A DNA stretch of 56,523 bases from Pseudomonadota bacterium. Lineage in GTDB: Bacteria > Desulfobacterota > Desulfobacteria > Desulfobacterales > JBDRRP01. The notes beneath the pieces are model-generated. The model did not search any database. It saw only the letters and a list, made by a program, of their open reading frames with translations, and was not told where the DNA came from. The stretch spans positions 1 to 56,523 of the forward strand of contig JBDRRP010000083.1 in the NCBI GenBank assembly GCA_043825735.1. The letters run 5' to 3'. A program made the translations under genes and the position numbers. Positions 8,934-19,458 of this stretch are shown here, in pieces (within the stretch, counting starts at the first letter, position 1; each line of letters begins with the position of its first letter).

Positions 8934-10760
8934 TTAGCGGAATATGAGAAAACATGCCAGCACGATAATGGTCGGCGCCAGCGCTCCGGCCAGTAGCATG
9001 AGGGGGGACAGGCCGTCATCGAAATACTTTTTCAAAATGGCCTGTCCGGCCGGATTCGGCGCGTTGGCGATGACGGTGAGCCCGCCGCCGGCCACGGCGC
9101 CGGCCACCACGGCATATTTCAGAGGATCGGTGAAGTTGGGCACCAGTGTACTCAGAAACGTGATGGCGGCGTTGTCGTTGAAGGCCGTCAGAACGGTCGC
9201 CCCCAGCATGAGCGGCACTTCGCCAAGTGAACTCAGCACCGGCGCGATCCACCAGCCTTGCACGCCGCCGTGAATGACCAGTCCACCCAGAAAGAAGCCC
9301 ACCAGCAGCGGCGGTTTCAAATCGATGCTGTTTTGAAACGGCCGCGTCACCTCGGCAAATCCGAGGAAAAAAAGCAGGCTGGGAACAAAAATGGCCGGGT
9401 GGTGCGCATTGGCAATGGTCCACGCCATGAAGAGCAGGTGGACGACGATGACCCATGCGGGCACGGCGTCGTCGCGGTCATCCCATTCCGGATCCCGGAA
9501 TTGGGGCCGCTGGTCTTCAGGCAGCACGCCCGGAATGGTGCGCCGAAGGTTCTGGCGCTTGATTTCCTCAAAGCGCTGCTCGAACGCCTCGCGCACGAGC
9601 GCGGGATCGAGGTCTCGAAGGTTAAGGTCATCGGCGTATTTTTCCCTCAGCCGTCTTTCGATATTCTCCTTGATCTGCCGGGTGTGGTTTTCAACGGCCA
9701 TGCGGAAACCGAGTTCGTCGCTGAGCAGGCATCCCATCTTGTCGAATTCTGCCTCGAAATCGTTGCGCTGGATGTAGTGTTTCTGAATCTCGTCCTTGAG
9801 ACGCACCAGATTGAATGCTTCCTGGAGCCGGCTGAGCTCTTTTCTGAAAACAAAGAAATAAAACCCATTAGAGATAAGGATGGCCAGAACCGCCTTCCAC
9901 CCGAAATGGGTGAGCATGTGCACCATATCCCACTGCCATGGCCCCGCCACCATGAGCACCGGCGGGGCTGCAAAATGCGACAGCGTCCCGCCGATGGAAA
10001 TATTGACGAACAAAAGGCCGATGGTGGCGTATTTGAAAGCGCGGGACGGCCCGAGGGAATAGAATTTTCGCGCCAGCAGCAGGGCGCAGATGGTCATGGC
10101 CGCCGGCTCGGTGATGAGCGATCCCAGGATGGGGCCCAGGGTCAGGATGGTCATCCACCACGCCTTCAGGGTTCCACCGAACAGCCGTGCGATCCATGCC
10201 ATTATCAATTCAGTCAGTTTGAGAATGGGACGGGTGGATGCCAGGGTCATGATCACTACAACGAATAGGGCTTCGGTGAAATTGACCTTGTGCGTAATGT
10301 AGCCGAGCAGGGTGTGCCAGTCATAAAAAAGAAAAATGGCGCCGGTCAGAGCCGCCGCCCACAGACCGAACACCACTTCGATTTCGCCGAAAAAATGAAA
10401 CAGCTCCGCACCGATGTGGACCGAGTGCTTCTCGGCCTCACCGCGCCGTAGACGCTCATCGTGTGCATCTTCCCAGCGGTGCGCGATGGCCAGAAACCGA
10501 CTGGTGAGAAAGGTGTGGATGATGGCGCAAAGAAAGATGACAGTGGCCAGCAGATTGAAGGGTTCCTGCCGCGCACGGTGGGCAAGCACGGCCCAAAGGC
10601 CGCTCGCCACGCCGTCACCGTAGCTTTCCAGACTTCGCGGAAATTCCGTTGGGGCGACCGGGGCCGACTGCCCGGCACCGAAAGCCGCCAGGGCCCCTGC
10701 CAGAATGAGGAGCGCCGCGGCCGCCCCTGCCCATCTGATCTTGTGCCTTGTATTCAACAC
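8934..10760 (-). CDS. Putative Na+/H+ antiporter (DUF1504-like membrane protein)
   Basis: GEIEVVFGLW, ITEPAAMT, NISIGGTL, FAAPPVLMVA, DNAAITFL, GGGLTVIANAPNPAG. Start GTG/TTG near 10760 (uncertain). Confidence 0.8.
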   Translation of the reverse strand: MLNTRHKIRWAGAAAALLILAGALAAFGAGQSAPVAPTEFPRSLESYGDGVASGLWAVLAHRARQEPFNLLATVIFLCAIIHTFLTSRFLAIAHRWEDAHDERLRRGEAEKHSVHIGAELFHFFGEIEVVFGLWAAALTGAIFLFYDWHTLLGYITHKVNFTEALFVVVIMTLASTRPILKLTELIMAWIARLFGGTLKAWWMTILTLGPILGSLITEPAAMTICALLLARKFYSLGPSRAFKYATIGLLFVNISIGGTLSHFAAPPVLMVAGPWQWDMVHMLTHFGWKAVLAILISNGFYFFVFRKELSRLQEAFNLVRLKDEIQKHYIQRNDFEAEFDKMGCLLSDELGFRMAVENHTRQIKENIERRLREKYADDLNLRDLDPALVREAFEQRFEEIKRQNLRRTIPGVLPEDQRPQFRDPEWDDRDDAVPAWVIVVHLLFMAWTIANAHHPAIFVPSLLFFLGFAEVTRPFQNSIDLKPPLLVGFFLGGLVIHGGVQGWWIAPVLSSLGEVPLMLGATVLTAFNDNAAITFLSTLVPNFTDPLKYAVVAGAVAGGGLTVIANAPNPAGQAILKKYFDDGLSPLMLLAGALAPTIIVLACFLIFR

Positions 10761-10977
10761 TGCGCCCTTTCTGGTGAGAATGATCGATGACCCGGAAAAA
10801 CGGCCACCAAGATAAAAAAGTGCTGACACTCACTGTAAGACGAAACCGGCATCGTTTCAACTCCGCGAAAGCCCACTGAAATCATCAGGCTGCGCCTCAA
10901 GTTCCACCGAATTCGTCCGATATTGTAAATAAGACGGCTGCCGGGAACCCATAAAACGCCACACCGGGTAGAACCTC

Positions 10978-11307
10978 ATGGACTACAACCACCGCTTCGT
11001 TAAAAACAACAAAAATGGCAAGATCACCGCCTGCTGGGATACTGCGTCCCGGTGCTTTGCCATTCAGGTTGTCATCCAGAAAATCCCAGGTGAAGACGCC
11101 TCCTGGGGCCAACCCTATCGTTTCGCCTACGAAAACATCGGCGATGTCCTGTACTATTTCGAGTCCATCGGCATCAAGCTGCCCCAGCACATTATCCAGT
11201 CCCTCCTTCGAGATCGCCTGGAAGATGAACGCCAGCACCGTGAAATCGCCCGCAACACCCCGGTCACGACGCTTCGGGTGACGGCTGCCGGGGTGGCCTT
11301 TGACTGA
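10978..11307 (+). CDS. Hypothetical protein (109 aa)
   Basis: ORF with host-like codon usage filling the intergenic space. No recognised motif. Confidence 0.6.
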   Translation: MDYNHRFVKNNKNGKITACWDTASRCFAIQVVIQKIPGEDASWGQPYRFAYENIGDVLYYFESIGIKLPQHIIQSLLRDRLEDERQHREIARNTPVTTLRVTAAGVAFD

Positions 11308-11625
11308 CCCCTGTGCCCGTTGACAACAGCCGACCGGCATCGTCAGCGGCGCTCCGTAATTGATCCCGCCCGACTGCATTGCTCCCAATCGTAGAGATTT
11401 ACAAAACACCGCAGTACCCAAAAAAGCTTGAATAATAAGGAATAATTCGCCATTGTAGCGTGGCTTTTCTGCCTTTGCGGCACCAATCGAGTCTGTGCCT
11501 GTCCACAACTGGCATCTTTTGCGGACTCGGGCTTTCCGCATAAGGCGTCGGCGGACGCGTGAAAGGGGCGAAAACCAATCATTCGTGAATGAACTCAAAC
11601 TGAACCTGCTTTTGGAAGAGCCGCC

Positions 11626-12996
11626 ATGACGCACGAGTTGGAAGGCCCTACGGAAATCATCCTGAACAGCATTGCTGACGGTGTGTTCACCGTGGACACC
11701 GACTTCAAGGTCACCTCCTTCAACCGGGCCGCCGAGGAAATCACCGGCATCCCCAAGTCCAAGGCCATCGGGCGCTACTGCTGGGAAGTGTTTCGGGCCA
11801 GTATCTGCGAGCGCCTGTGCGCTTTGAACCAAACGATGGGCTCCGGGCAATCCATCGTCAACAAATCCATATACATCATTAACGCCACCGGGCAGCGGAT
11901 CCCCGTGAGCATCTCCACCGCGCTGCTTCGTGATGAGCGGGGCCAGATCATCGGCGGCGTAGAAACCTTCCGGGATCTCACCATCGTGGAGGAACTCCGG
12001 AAAGAGCTGCACGGGCGCATCTCATATCTTGATATTATAAGTAAAAACAGTGTGATGCAGCGACTTTTCGAAATGGTCGATCTCGTGTCCGAAACCGACG
12101 CCACGGTGCTTATCGAAGGTGAAAGCGGCACCGGCAAAGAGCTCTTTGCCACCGCTATTCATATGAAAAGCGAGCGGAACAAGGGGCCGCTGGTGACCAT
12201 CAACTGCGGCGCCCTGCCCGACACCCTTCTGGAGTCGGAGCTGTTCGGCTACAAGGCCGGCGCCTTCACGGACGCAAAAAAAGACAAACCGGGCCGCCTG
12301 GCACTGGCAACCGGTGGCACACTGTTTCTGGATGAAATCGGTGATATCTCCCCCATGCTCCAGATACGCCTGCTAAGGGTGCTCCAGGATAAAACCTACG
12401 AGCCGCTGGGCGGTGTGAAGCCGGAAAAGGCCGATGTCCGGGTCGTGGCGGCTACCAATAAAAATCTCGAGGAATTGGTGGCCGACGGCAGTTTCAGAAA
12501 AGATCTGTTCTACCGAATCAACGTGGTCAAATTGTCACTGCCGCCGCTGCGTCGGCGAAAAGAGGACATCCCGCTGCTGGTGGAGCAATTTGTCCACAAG
12601 TTCAGCACCCTTAATGCCAAAGACATTGAAGGTGTTTCGGCAACGGTCATGTCCACACTGATGGCATATGATTTCCCCGGCAACATCAGGGAACTGGAAA
12701 ATATCATCGAGCATGCCACCATTGTCTGCCGTGGGCCCCGTATTCGTATGGAACATTTGCCCGACCACATGGGACGGCCATCGGTCCACATGGAAACAGG
12801 CTCGCTGTTGGGTGATTTCTCTCTGGATACCGTTGAAAGGCAGCTCATTCATGAAGCGCTGAAACGGAACCACTGGAACCGTAAAGCGACGGCACTGGAA
12901 ATGGGCATCCACCCCTCCACCCTGTGGCGGAAAATCAAACGGCTCAACATTTCCATGCCCGTGCTGGATGGACGTTCACGAAACCGCCCTGCATGA
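11626..12996 (+). CDS. PAS-domain sigma54 enhancer-binding protein, OrpR-like
   Basis: PAS with CX8CX3C (CWEVFRASICERLC), GESGTGKE, GAFTDA, LFLDEIG, C-terminal Fis HTH. Confidence 0.92.
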   Translation: MTHELEGPTEIILNSIADGVFTVDTDFKVTSFNRAAEEITGIPKSKAIGRYCWEVFRASICERLCALNQTMGSGQSIVNKSIYIINATGQRIPVSISTALLRDERGQIIGGVETFRDLTIVEELRKELHGRISYLDIISKNSVMQRLFEMVDLVSETDATVLIEGESGTGKELFATAIHMKSERNKGPLVTINCGALPDTLLESELFGYKAGAFTDAKKDKPGRLALATGGTLFLDEIGDISPMLQIRLLRVLQDKTYEPLGGVKPEKADVRVVAATNKNLEELVADGSFRKDLFYRINVVKLSLPPLRRRKEDIPLLVEQFVHKFSTLNAKDIEGVSATVMSTLMAYDFPGNIRELENIIEHATIVCRGPRIRMEHLPDHMGRPSVHMETGSLLGDFSLDTVERQLIHEALKRNHWNRKATALEMGIHPSTLWRKIKRLNISMPVLDGRSRNRPA

Positions 12997-13138
12997 TTGC
13001 GCGTGCGCACACATATTTAATTGACATGTTTGCAGGTTTGCCGATATATCTGGACCCGTCTCTTGGTGCCGTTCGCTGCACGATCAATTAAGCACACAAT
13101 AACAGACTGTTGGGAATGCCTGCGGCGCGTCGTCCCTC

Positions 13139-13154
13139 TGGCACAGAACCTGCT
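13139..13154 (+). promoter_or_regulatory. Sigma54 -24/-12 promoter
   Basis: TGGCAC-agaac-CTGCT with exact GG-N10-GC spacing, upstream of the NifX-like/kinase operon. Confidence 0.75.
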
Positions 13155-13304
13155 CTTTTTTGGAGTGTTCTTCGCCTGCGCTTGCGGTTGTCGTAGCCCC
13201 TCATGCGCCGCCGATAGAATACGGAGGCAATCGCATTGGACAGCCCCACAATCACTGCCTCCGCCCCCCGTCATGCTCATCCTCCTGCGGCAGAAAGAAA
13301 GTCT

Positions 13305-13724
13305 ATGCGACTGGCCGTCTCCATATGGAAGGACCGATTGTCCCCGGTACTCGATGTGGCCGCCCGGCTTTTGGTAGTGAGCATCGACGAAGGCCGCGAG
13401 CTGTACCGCTTCGAAGCGGATATCACGGATCTCAGCATCACCCGCACCTGCCAGTTGCTCAAGCATCTTGAAATCGAGACGCTCATCTGTGGAGCCATTT
13501 CCGGAGTTTACCTGAAAGCCTTGAGGGACAGCGGTTTTTGCGTCATCCCCGAGGTGGCCGGTACGGTCAGCGCCGTTGTCACAGCGTTTATCGAGGGAAA
13601 ACTTCAGCAGTCAGAATTGTTCCTGCCCGGCCACCTGAACGGCACCATCAAAGGAAAAACGCCATCAAAACCAGCGAGGCCCGCTGATGATCGTACCGAT
13701 GGGACACCAGGGATCGACTCATGA
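13305..13724 (+). CDS. NifB/NifX (Orange-protein-like) cluster-binding family protein
   Basis: MRLAVSIWKDRLSPVLDVA..LICGAIS..GTVSAVVTAF. Stop overlaps the next ATG (ATGA). Confidence 0.85.
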   Translation: MRLAVSIWKDRLSPVLDVAARLLVVSIDEGRELYRFEADITDLSITRTCQLLKHLEIETLICGAISGVYLKALRDSGFCVIPEVAGTVSAVVTAFIEGKLQQSELFLPGHLNGTIKGKTPSKPARPADDRTDGTPGIDS

Positions 13725-16000
13725 AAAACCCCATTGCGTATCTACGCAGCAGCTTGGTGGCCAAATTATCCATCGCCATGGGGGTCATCCTGCTGGCGAC
13801 CGTCTCCATCGAGACGTTTTTCAACATCAACTATCAGGCCGGCAAGTTCATGCAGGCCAACAGCGCCAGCGCCGATCGTGTGGGCAAGACCATCTTGCTG
13901 GGCACCCATTACGCCATGATGCTCAACAGCCGGGAGGATATCCACCAGATTATCAGCAATGTCGGGCAGCAGGAAGATATCGTCAGTCTTCGCATCTACA
14001 GCAAATCAGGAGACATCAAGTTCTCAAAAGACCACGAAGAACTGGGGCAGCGGGTCGACATGAAAGCCCCCACCTGCGCGATCTGCCATGTTTTTGACCC
14101 GCCGCGGGCCAACCTGTCTCAAAAACAGCGCACGCGCATATTCACGACGGCAAACGGCCACCGGGCCGTTGGCATCACCAGCCCTATTTATAACGAGCCC
14201 GGCTGCTCCACCGGGGATTGCCATTTCCACCAGGAGAACATCCGTGTGCTGGGAATCATGGACGTGGCCATTTCCATGATGGAGGCCGACCGCGAGGTGG
14301 CCCGGTTCAACACCGTCATTACCGTGGTCACCTCCTCGGTGTTCCTGGCCACCTGCGGCATCATTTTCTTCACCATTTTCCGCTTCGTGAAACAACCCAT
14401 CGGTCACCTGGTCAAGGGCACCCAATGGATTTCACAGGGCGACTACACCCGGAAAATCGAGATAACCCAGAACAATGAAATCGGTGTGCTGGCAGAAGCG
14501 ATCAACCGCATGGGAGACCAGATCGCCATCAAGGAGGACGAACTCAACCGCCAGCGCGACGAATACCAGAAGCTATTTGAAGTGGTACCGTGCATCATCA
14601 CGGTCCAAGACAAAAACTACCGTTTGCTCACTTACAACAAACGTTTTTCCGAACGCTTCGACCCAAAACCCGGAGACTTCTGCTACTCCGCCTACAAAGG
14701 GCGAACAGAGAAATGCGAAAACTGCCCGGTTGAAAAGACCTTCACCGACGGCCAGTCCCATTTCAGCGAAGAATCCGGCATCGGCAGGGACGGGCGCCCT
14801 CGGCACTGGCTTGTCAGAACATCACCCATCCTCGATGAAAACGGTGACATCGTCGCGGCCATGGAAATCAACCTGGACATTACCCCGCGAAAAGAGCTTG
14901 AAGCAAAGCTGGTCCACACCGAGCAACAATACCACGCCATTTTCAACAACATCCCCAACCCCGTCTTCGTTCTCGACACCCCCTCCCTGAATATCCGGGA
15001 CTGCAACGGAAGCGTGCTGGATCTTTACGGGTACCATCCCGAGGAGCTGATCGGGCGCTCTTTCATGGACCTGTTCAGCAGCGAGGAAATTGAACAGTGG
15101 CGTGGACAGATCACGGCGGATACCGTACTCAACCAGGCGCGGCACAAACACCGCGACGGGCACACGATTTTTGTGGATATCCGCATCTCTCCGTCAGGGC
15201 ACCCCGGCGATGAGGCCCTGCTGGCTGCCGTCAGTGATATCACCAAGCGCCTGGAAGCCGAGCAGCAGCTGGTTCAGGCCGGCAAAATGGCCACGCTGGG
15301 GGAAATGGCCACCGGCGTGGCGCACGAGCTCAACCAACCCCTGTCCGTGATCAAAACGGCCAGCAGCTTTTTCATGCGAAAAGTGAGCCGCAAGGAACCC
15401 ATCGGCGATGACATCCTGTTTACCATGAGCCAGGAAATCGACAGCCATGTGGACCGGGCGACCAAGATCATCAACCACATGCGCGAATTCGGCCGCAAGT
15501 CCGCCATGAGTCCGGAATGGGTCCAGGTCAACGATGTCATCGAAAGGGCCTTCGACATTTTCAGCCAACAGTTGAAGCTGCGTGAGATCGAAGTCATCCG
15601 GGAACTCGACGCCTCGCTGCCGCGCATCAAAAGCGACCCGAGCCGCCTGGAGCAGGTCTTTATCAACCTGCTTATTAATGCCAGAGACGCCATCGAGGAA
15701 CGCAGCGACGCAGAACCCCTCGGCCCTCCGGACAAACGCATCACTATCAGAAGCTACCGGGAAAAGGATCAGGCCGTCATCCAGGTGGAAGACACCGGCA
15801 TCGGGGTGTCGCCGACACTCAACGAAAAAGTCTTTGAACCCTTTTTCACAACAAAGAAAGTCGGCAAGGGAACCGGGCTGGGGCTGTCCATCAGTTACGG
15901 CATCATCCAGGACAGCGGCGGCAGTATACGATTTTTACCTCGAAGCACGCCTGGCGCCTGCATCGAGATTCGCTTTCAACTGGTAGAAGAGGAGAGTTGA
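13721..16000 (+). CDS. Membrane sensor histidine kinase (periplasmic heme c-motif domain, HAMP, 2 PAS, HisKA, HATPase)
   Basis: Two TM helices flank CAICH and CSTGDCH. H-box AHELNQP, N-box NLLINARDA, DTGIG, GKGTGLGLSISY. Confidence 0.92.
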   Translation: MKNPIAYLRSSLVAKLSIAMGVILLATVSIETFFNINYQAGKFMQANSASADRVGKTILLGTHYAMMLNSREDIHQIISNVGQQEDIVSLRIYSKSGDIKFSKDHEELGQRVDMKAPTCAICHVFDPPRANLSQKQRTRIFTTANGHRAVGITSPIYNEPGCSTGDCHFHQENIRVLGIMDVAISMMEADREVARFNTVITVVTSSVFLATCGIIFFTIFRFVKQPIGHLVKGTQWISQGDYTRKIEITQNNEIGVLAEAINRMGDQIAIKEDELNRQRDEYQKLFEVVPCIITVQDKNYRLLTYNKRFSERFDPKPGDFCYSAYKGRTEKCENCPVEKTFTDGQSHFSEESGIGRDGRPRHWLVRTSPILDENGDIVAAMEINLDITPRKELEAKLVHTEQQYHAIFNNIPNPVFVLDTPSLNIRDCNGSVLDLYGYHPEELIGRSFMDLFSSEEIEQWRGQITADTVLNQARHKHRDGHTIFVDIRISPSGHPGDEALLAAVSDITKRLEAEQQLVQAGKMATLGEMATGVAHELNQPLSVIKTASSFFMRKVSRKEPIGDDILFTMSQEIDSHVDRATKIINHMREFGRKSAMSPEWVQVNDVIERAFDIFSQQLKLREIEVIRELDASLPRIKSDPSRLEQVFINLLINARDAIEERSDAEPLGPPDKRITIRSYREKDQAVIQVEDTGIGVSPTLNEKVFEPFFTTKKVGKGTGLGLSISYGIIQDSGGSIRFLPRSTPGACIEIRFQLVEEES

Positions 16001-16004
16001 TCCC

Positions 16005-17171
16005 GTGGATCCGGAAATCAGCAAAGAAATCCTGCTCGTGGACGACGAGGCCGGCATCCGCAAAGTGCTGGAGATTTCGCTCACCGACATCGGCTACCAT
16101 GTGCGCATTGCCAGAAACGGCGAAGAGGCGCTGACCTTATTCAAGCGGCACTTGCCCGATATTGTCATTACCGACATCAAAATGCCGGGTATGGACGGTA
16201 TCGAACTGTTGAGCCGGATCAAACAGATCAATCCGGAGACCGAAGTCATCATGATCACCGGCCACGGCGACATCGACCTGGCGATCAAAAGCCTCAAGCT
16301 GGAAGCCACCGATTTTGTCACCAAGCCCATCAACGACGAAGCCCTCGAGATCGCCATGAAACGGGCGCGCGATCGGATCCTGATGCGGCGAAAACTCAAG
16401 AAGTACACTGAAAACCTGGAACAGCTGGTTGAAGAAAAAAGCCGCAAGCTCATCGATGCCGAGCGCCTGTCGGCCATCGGCCAGACCATCGCCGGGCTTT
16501 CCCATGCCATCAAAAACATCGCCAGCGGCCTGAAGGGTGGCATGTTCGTGCTGGAAAAAGGCATCGAACTCGACAACCGCGAATACCTGCAGCAGGGGTG
16601 GGAGATGGTCCGGGGCAATGTAGACAAAATTAAAAACCTCTCCCTGGATCTTCTCGACTATGCCAAGCCGAACGTTATCAAATACCGGCTGGGTGACCCG
16701 GTTGAGCCTGCCCGGGAAGTCGTGGCGCTGATGGCCGTACGGGCCGAAGAAAAGGGTGTCCGACTGGAAATCGTCGCGGAGGCGGATCTTGCGCAGATGT
16801 ATCTGGAACCGGATGCCATCCACCGCTGCCTGCTGAATCTGGTGACCAATGCCCTGGACGCCTGCAGCGGCGAGGAGGGCACCCAAAGCGCTCCGGCGGT
16901 GCGCCTCCAGGTGGCGGCCATCCCCGACTGGGGAGTGGCCTACCGGGTGATCGACAATTGCAGCGGCATGAGCGAAGCGGTGCGCGAAAATATATTCAAA
17001 CGATTTTTCAGCACCAAAGGATCCGGCGGCACAGGCATCGGCCTGATGCTGACCAAGAAAATCATCGACGACCTCAAAGGGAGCATCGAAGTGGAGACCG
17101 AATTCGGCGTGGGCTCCACATTCACCGTCAGAATTCCCAAGGGAAAGAAGGCGTGGCGGCGCACCTTCTAG
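16005..17171 (+). CDS. Hybrid response regulator-histidine kinase (REC-HisKA-HATPase)
   Basis: LLVDDE, DIKMPGMDG, SHAIKNI, NLVTNALDA, GTGIGL. Confidence 0.9.
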   Translation: MDPEISKEILLVDDEAGIRKVLEISLTDIGYHVRIARNGEEALTLFKRHLPDIVITDIKMPGMDGIELLSRIKQINPETEVIMITGHGDIDLAIKSLKLEATDFVTKPINDEALEIAMKRARDRILMRRKLKKYTENLEQLVEEKSRKLIDAERLSAIGQTIAGLSHAIKNIASGLKGGMFVLEKGIELDNREYLQQGWEMVRGNVDKIKNLSLDLLDYAKPNVIKYRLGDPVEPAREVVALMAVRAEEKGVRLEIVAEADLAQMYLEPDAIHRCLLNLVTNALDACSGEEGTQSAPAVRLQVAAIPDWGVAYRVIDNCSGMSEAVRENIFKRFFSTKGSGGTGIGLMLTKKIIDDLKGSIEVETEFGVGSTFTVRIPKGKKAWRRTF

Positions 17172-17216
17172 AATTTGTCGACAGACGGCCGCTTTCAACC
17201 CCAGGCTTTTGGAATC

Positions 17217-17301
17217 ACCACGAAGTTCACGAAAAGCACTAAGAATTTTTAACCCACCCATTTCCACTGATTTTCTTCGTGCACTTCGTGAACTTCGTGG
17301 T
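17217..17301. repeat. Periodic-unit inverted repeat element (9-nt CACGAAGTT-type units)
   Basis: ACCACGAAGTTCACGAAAAGCACTAAGAA / TTCTTCGTGCACTTCGTGAACTTCGTGGT, near-perfect 29-bp arms. Confidence 0.8.
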
Positions 17302-17379
17302 TCACTCGCATTGATAGAACTTAGGTCCGCTTGTGATTTCAATATTGAACATTTTGCGTCTGAAAGAACGCCGACTCAC

Positions 17380-19128
17380 ATGAATCAGCTCCAGCTCAAA
17401 TGCCAGCAGATCGGCAGCATGTTCGATTTTCTGTCTGCCGGCGTGATCATCTTGTCAGCCGATCACGAAGTGGTGCACATGAACCGGACGGCCGAACTGC
17501 TCTCGGGCAAGACCGCCGAAGACACGCTGGGCCACTACTGTTACGATGCTTTCGGGGACTATCTCTGCGACGGCGACTGCGCCCTGAGGGAATCGGTGGC
17601 ACTCGACCGTGACGTGATCCACCGGCGTTATGAACAGGCCGTGGGCGAGCGCCACCAGATCCACAAGATCGTCTGCCCCGTCTACAGCCACAGCGGCCGG
17701 CTCACCGGCTGCATCGAAATCTTTCAGGACACCTCCGCCTTTACCGAACTGGTGGATCGGGTCGGTGAAGAGAGCCGGAAGCTGAAATCAATCCTCGACC
17801 ACCTGGACGTGGGCATCCTCTCTTGCGACCGCGGCGGCCACATCACCTCCTTTAACCAGATGGCAGAGACCATCACCGGCTACCACCGACAGGACCTGTT
17901 GGGCAAGCGATGCGCAGCGGTCTTTGACAGCGATTTCTGCGGTCTCGGGCATTCGACAGACGCCGCCAGCGTCAGTGCAGATGGAAACCGCTACCAGGAA
18001 TACCGGATCCGGGACGCCGGCGGGCGCCCCCTGCCCGTGCGGGGTCGCCACATCCCGCTCACCAACAGCGACGGGCAGCCCACCGGCCGATTGATCACTT
18101 TTTCCGACCTGTCGCTGCTCTACCGATACAAGAGCGCCATTGCCGACCGCTACACTTTTCATGACATGATCGGCAGCGCTCCGGCCATGCAAAAGCTCTT
18201 CGACATTTTACCGGCAGTGGCGGAAAGCGATGCTATCGTGCTCATCGAAGGTTCCACCGGCACCGGTAAGGATTTGCTGGCCAAAGTGATTCACACAGCC
18301 AGCCCCCGCGCAGCTCGCCCCCTGGTCAAAGTCAACTGCGCCGCCATGCCGGACAACCTGCTCGAGTCGGAACTCTTCGGGTATGTCAAAGGGGCCTTTA
18401 CCGGGGCGGACCACGATAAACCCGGCCGGTTCCAGGAAGCTGACGGCGGGACCATTTTCCTCGACGAAATCGGAGACCTGCCCCTGCCATTACAGGCCAA
18501 ATTGCTCCGTGTGCTGGAAGACCAGGAATTCTATCCCCTGGGAAGCCGCCAAACCACCCGTGTCAATGTCCGTATCATTTCGGCAACCAACCTGGGCCTG
18601 AAGGAACTTGTCCAGCAGAAACGTTTCCGGGAGGACCTCTACTACCGGCTGAACGTGATGCGGGTGGAACTGCCGCCGCTCAAAGAGCGTCCATCGGACA
18701 TCCCTCTGATCATCGACCACATTCTCAAAAACCTGTGCATGGTGAAAAACCGCCGCATCGAACGCATCGCCGCGCCGGCCATGGCGGCGCTCTTGAACCA
18801 CACCTATCCGGGCAACGTCCGGGAACTGGAAAACATTCTCGAGCACGCCCTGATCATCTGCCGCGGCGCGGTGATCGAACACCACCACCTGCCCCTGCAC
18901 CTGCAGCGGGACGCGGCCCCGCCGGAGCCCTCCCTTGCGCCCGCGGCTGCAGAACCGGGCATTTCCCCTGAACCGTCAAGCCGCCCGGCACCGCGGATGC
19001 ATGAGATCGACACCATCCTGGCCGCCCTTGCACGCTTCGAAGGCAACCGGCGGCAAGCGGCCGCCGCGCTGGGTATCGAGCGCACCACCTTGTGGCGTAA
19101 AATGAAAAAATACGGCATCGGCGATTGA
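17380..19128 (+). CDS. Double-PAS sigma54 enhancer-binding protein
   Basis: First PAS has CX8CX3C (CYDAFGDYLCDGDC). GSTGTGKD, GAFTGA, Fis HTH. Start placed at the ATG after the repeat element. Confidence 0.9.
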   Translation: MNQLQLKCQQIGSMFDFLSAGVIILSADHEVVHMNRTAELLSGKTAEDTLGHYCYDAFGDYLCDGDCALRESVALDRDVIHRRYEQAVGERHQIHKIVCPVYSHSGRLTGCIEIFQDTSAFTELVDRVGEESRKLKSILDHLDVGILSCDRGGHITSFNQMAETITGYHRQDLLGKRCAAVFDSDFCGLGHSTDAASVSADGNRYQEYRIRDAGGRPLPVRGRHIPLTNSDGQPTGRLITFSDLSLLYRYKSAIADRYTFHDMIGSAPAMQKLFDILPAVAESDAIVLIEGSTGTGKDLLAKVIHTASPRAARPLVKVNCAAMPDNLLESELFGYVKGAFTGADHDKPGRFQEADGGTIFLDEIGDLPLPLQAKLLRVLEDQEFYPLGSRQTTRVNVRIISATNLGLKELVQQKRFREDLYYRLNVMRVELPPLKERPSDIPLIIDHILKNLCMVKNRRIERIAAPAMAALLNHTYPGNVRELENILEHALIICRGAVIEHHHLPLHLQRDAAPPEPSLAPAAAEPGISPEPSSRPAPRMHEIDTILAALARFEGNRRQAAAALGIERTTLWRKMKKYGIGD

Positions 19129-19207
19129 CCTGTGGGTAAACGCGCACCGGTAAAGACGGCGGCTTACAATGTCATTCACCGGGAAGGCGGGGCGGAGTCT
19201 ATGAATC

Positions 19208-19360
19208 GTTGCAGAAACGTTGCGCATAAAGACTCAAATGCAACAGCCTGACAGCTTGCCGCAGCAGAACTATTACTGCTTGGTATCACGCGTATTATTG
19301 AACTTTTAGATCGGACGTTGCATGTCTGAACGTTGCAATATGTTGCAGTTTCTGCAACAT
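19208..19360. promoter_or_regulatory. Putative enhancer (UAS) array for the tmc operon
   Basis: Seven GTTGC(A)/TGCAAC half-sites, including the perfect palindrome ATGTTGCAG-ttt-CTGCAACAT (19340-19360). Confidence 0.7.
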
Positions 19361-19458
19361 CCATTAGAATTTCGCCATCTTCGCCGCCGCCCTTAAATCA
19401 ATACATAAATTACTGAATTTATTTATTTAATTAATTTTTCGCCGACGCGAGCCCGTCC

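Noticed and set aside
11510..11524. TGGCAT...TTGC sigma54-like motif
   Set aside because: GG-GC spacing is 8 nt, not the required 10.
10897..12012. 371-aa minus-strand ORF
   Set aside because: Antisense to two plus-strand genes and has no recognisable motifs.
17217..17301. Periodic repeats as a CRISPR array
   Set aside because: No constant repeat with unique spacers, and no cas genes in the window.
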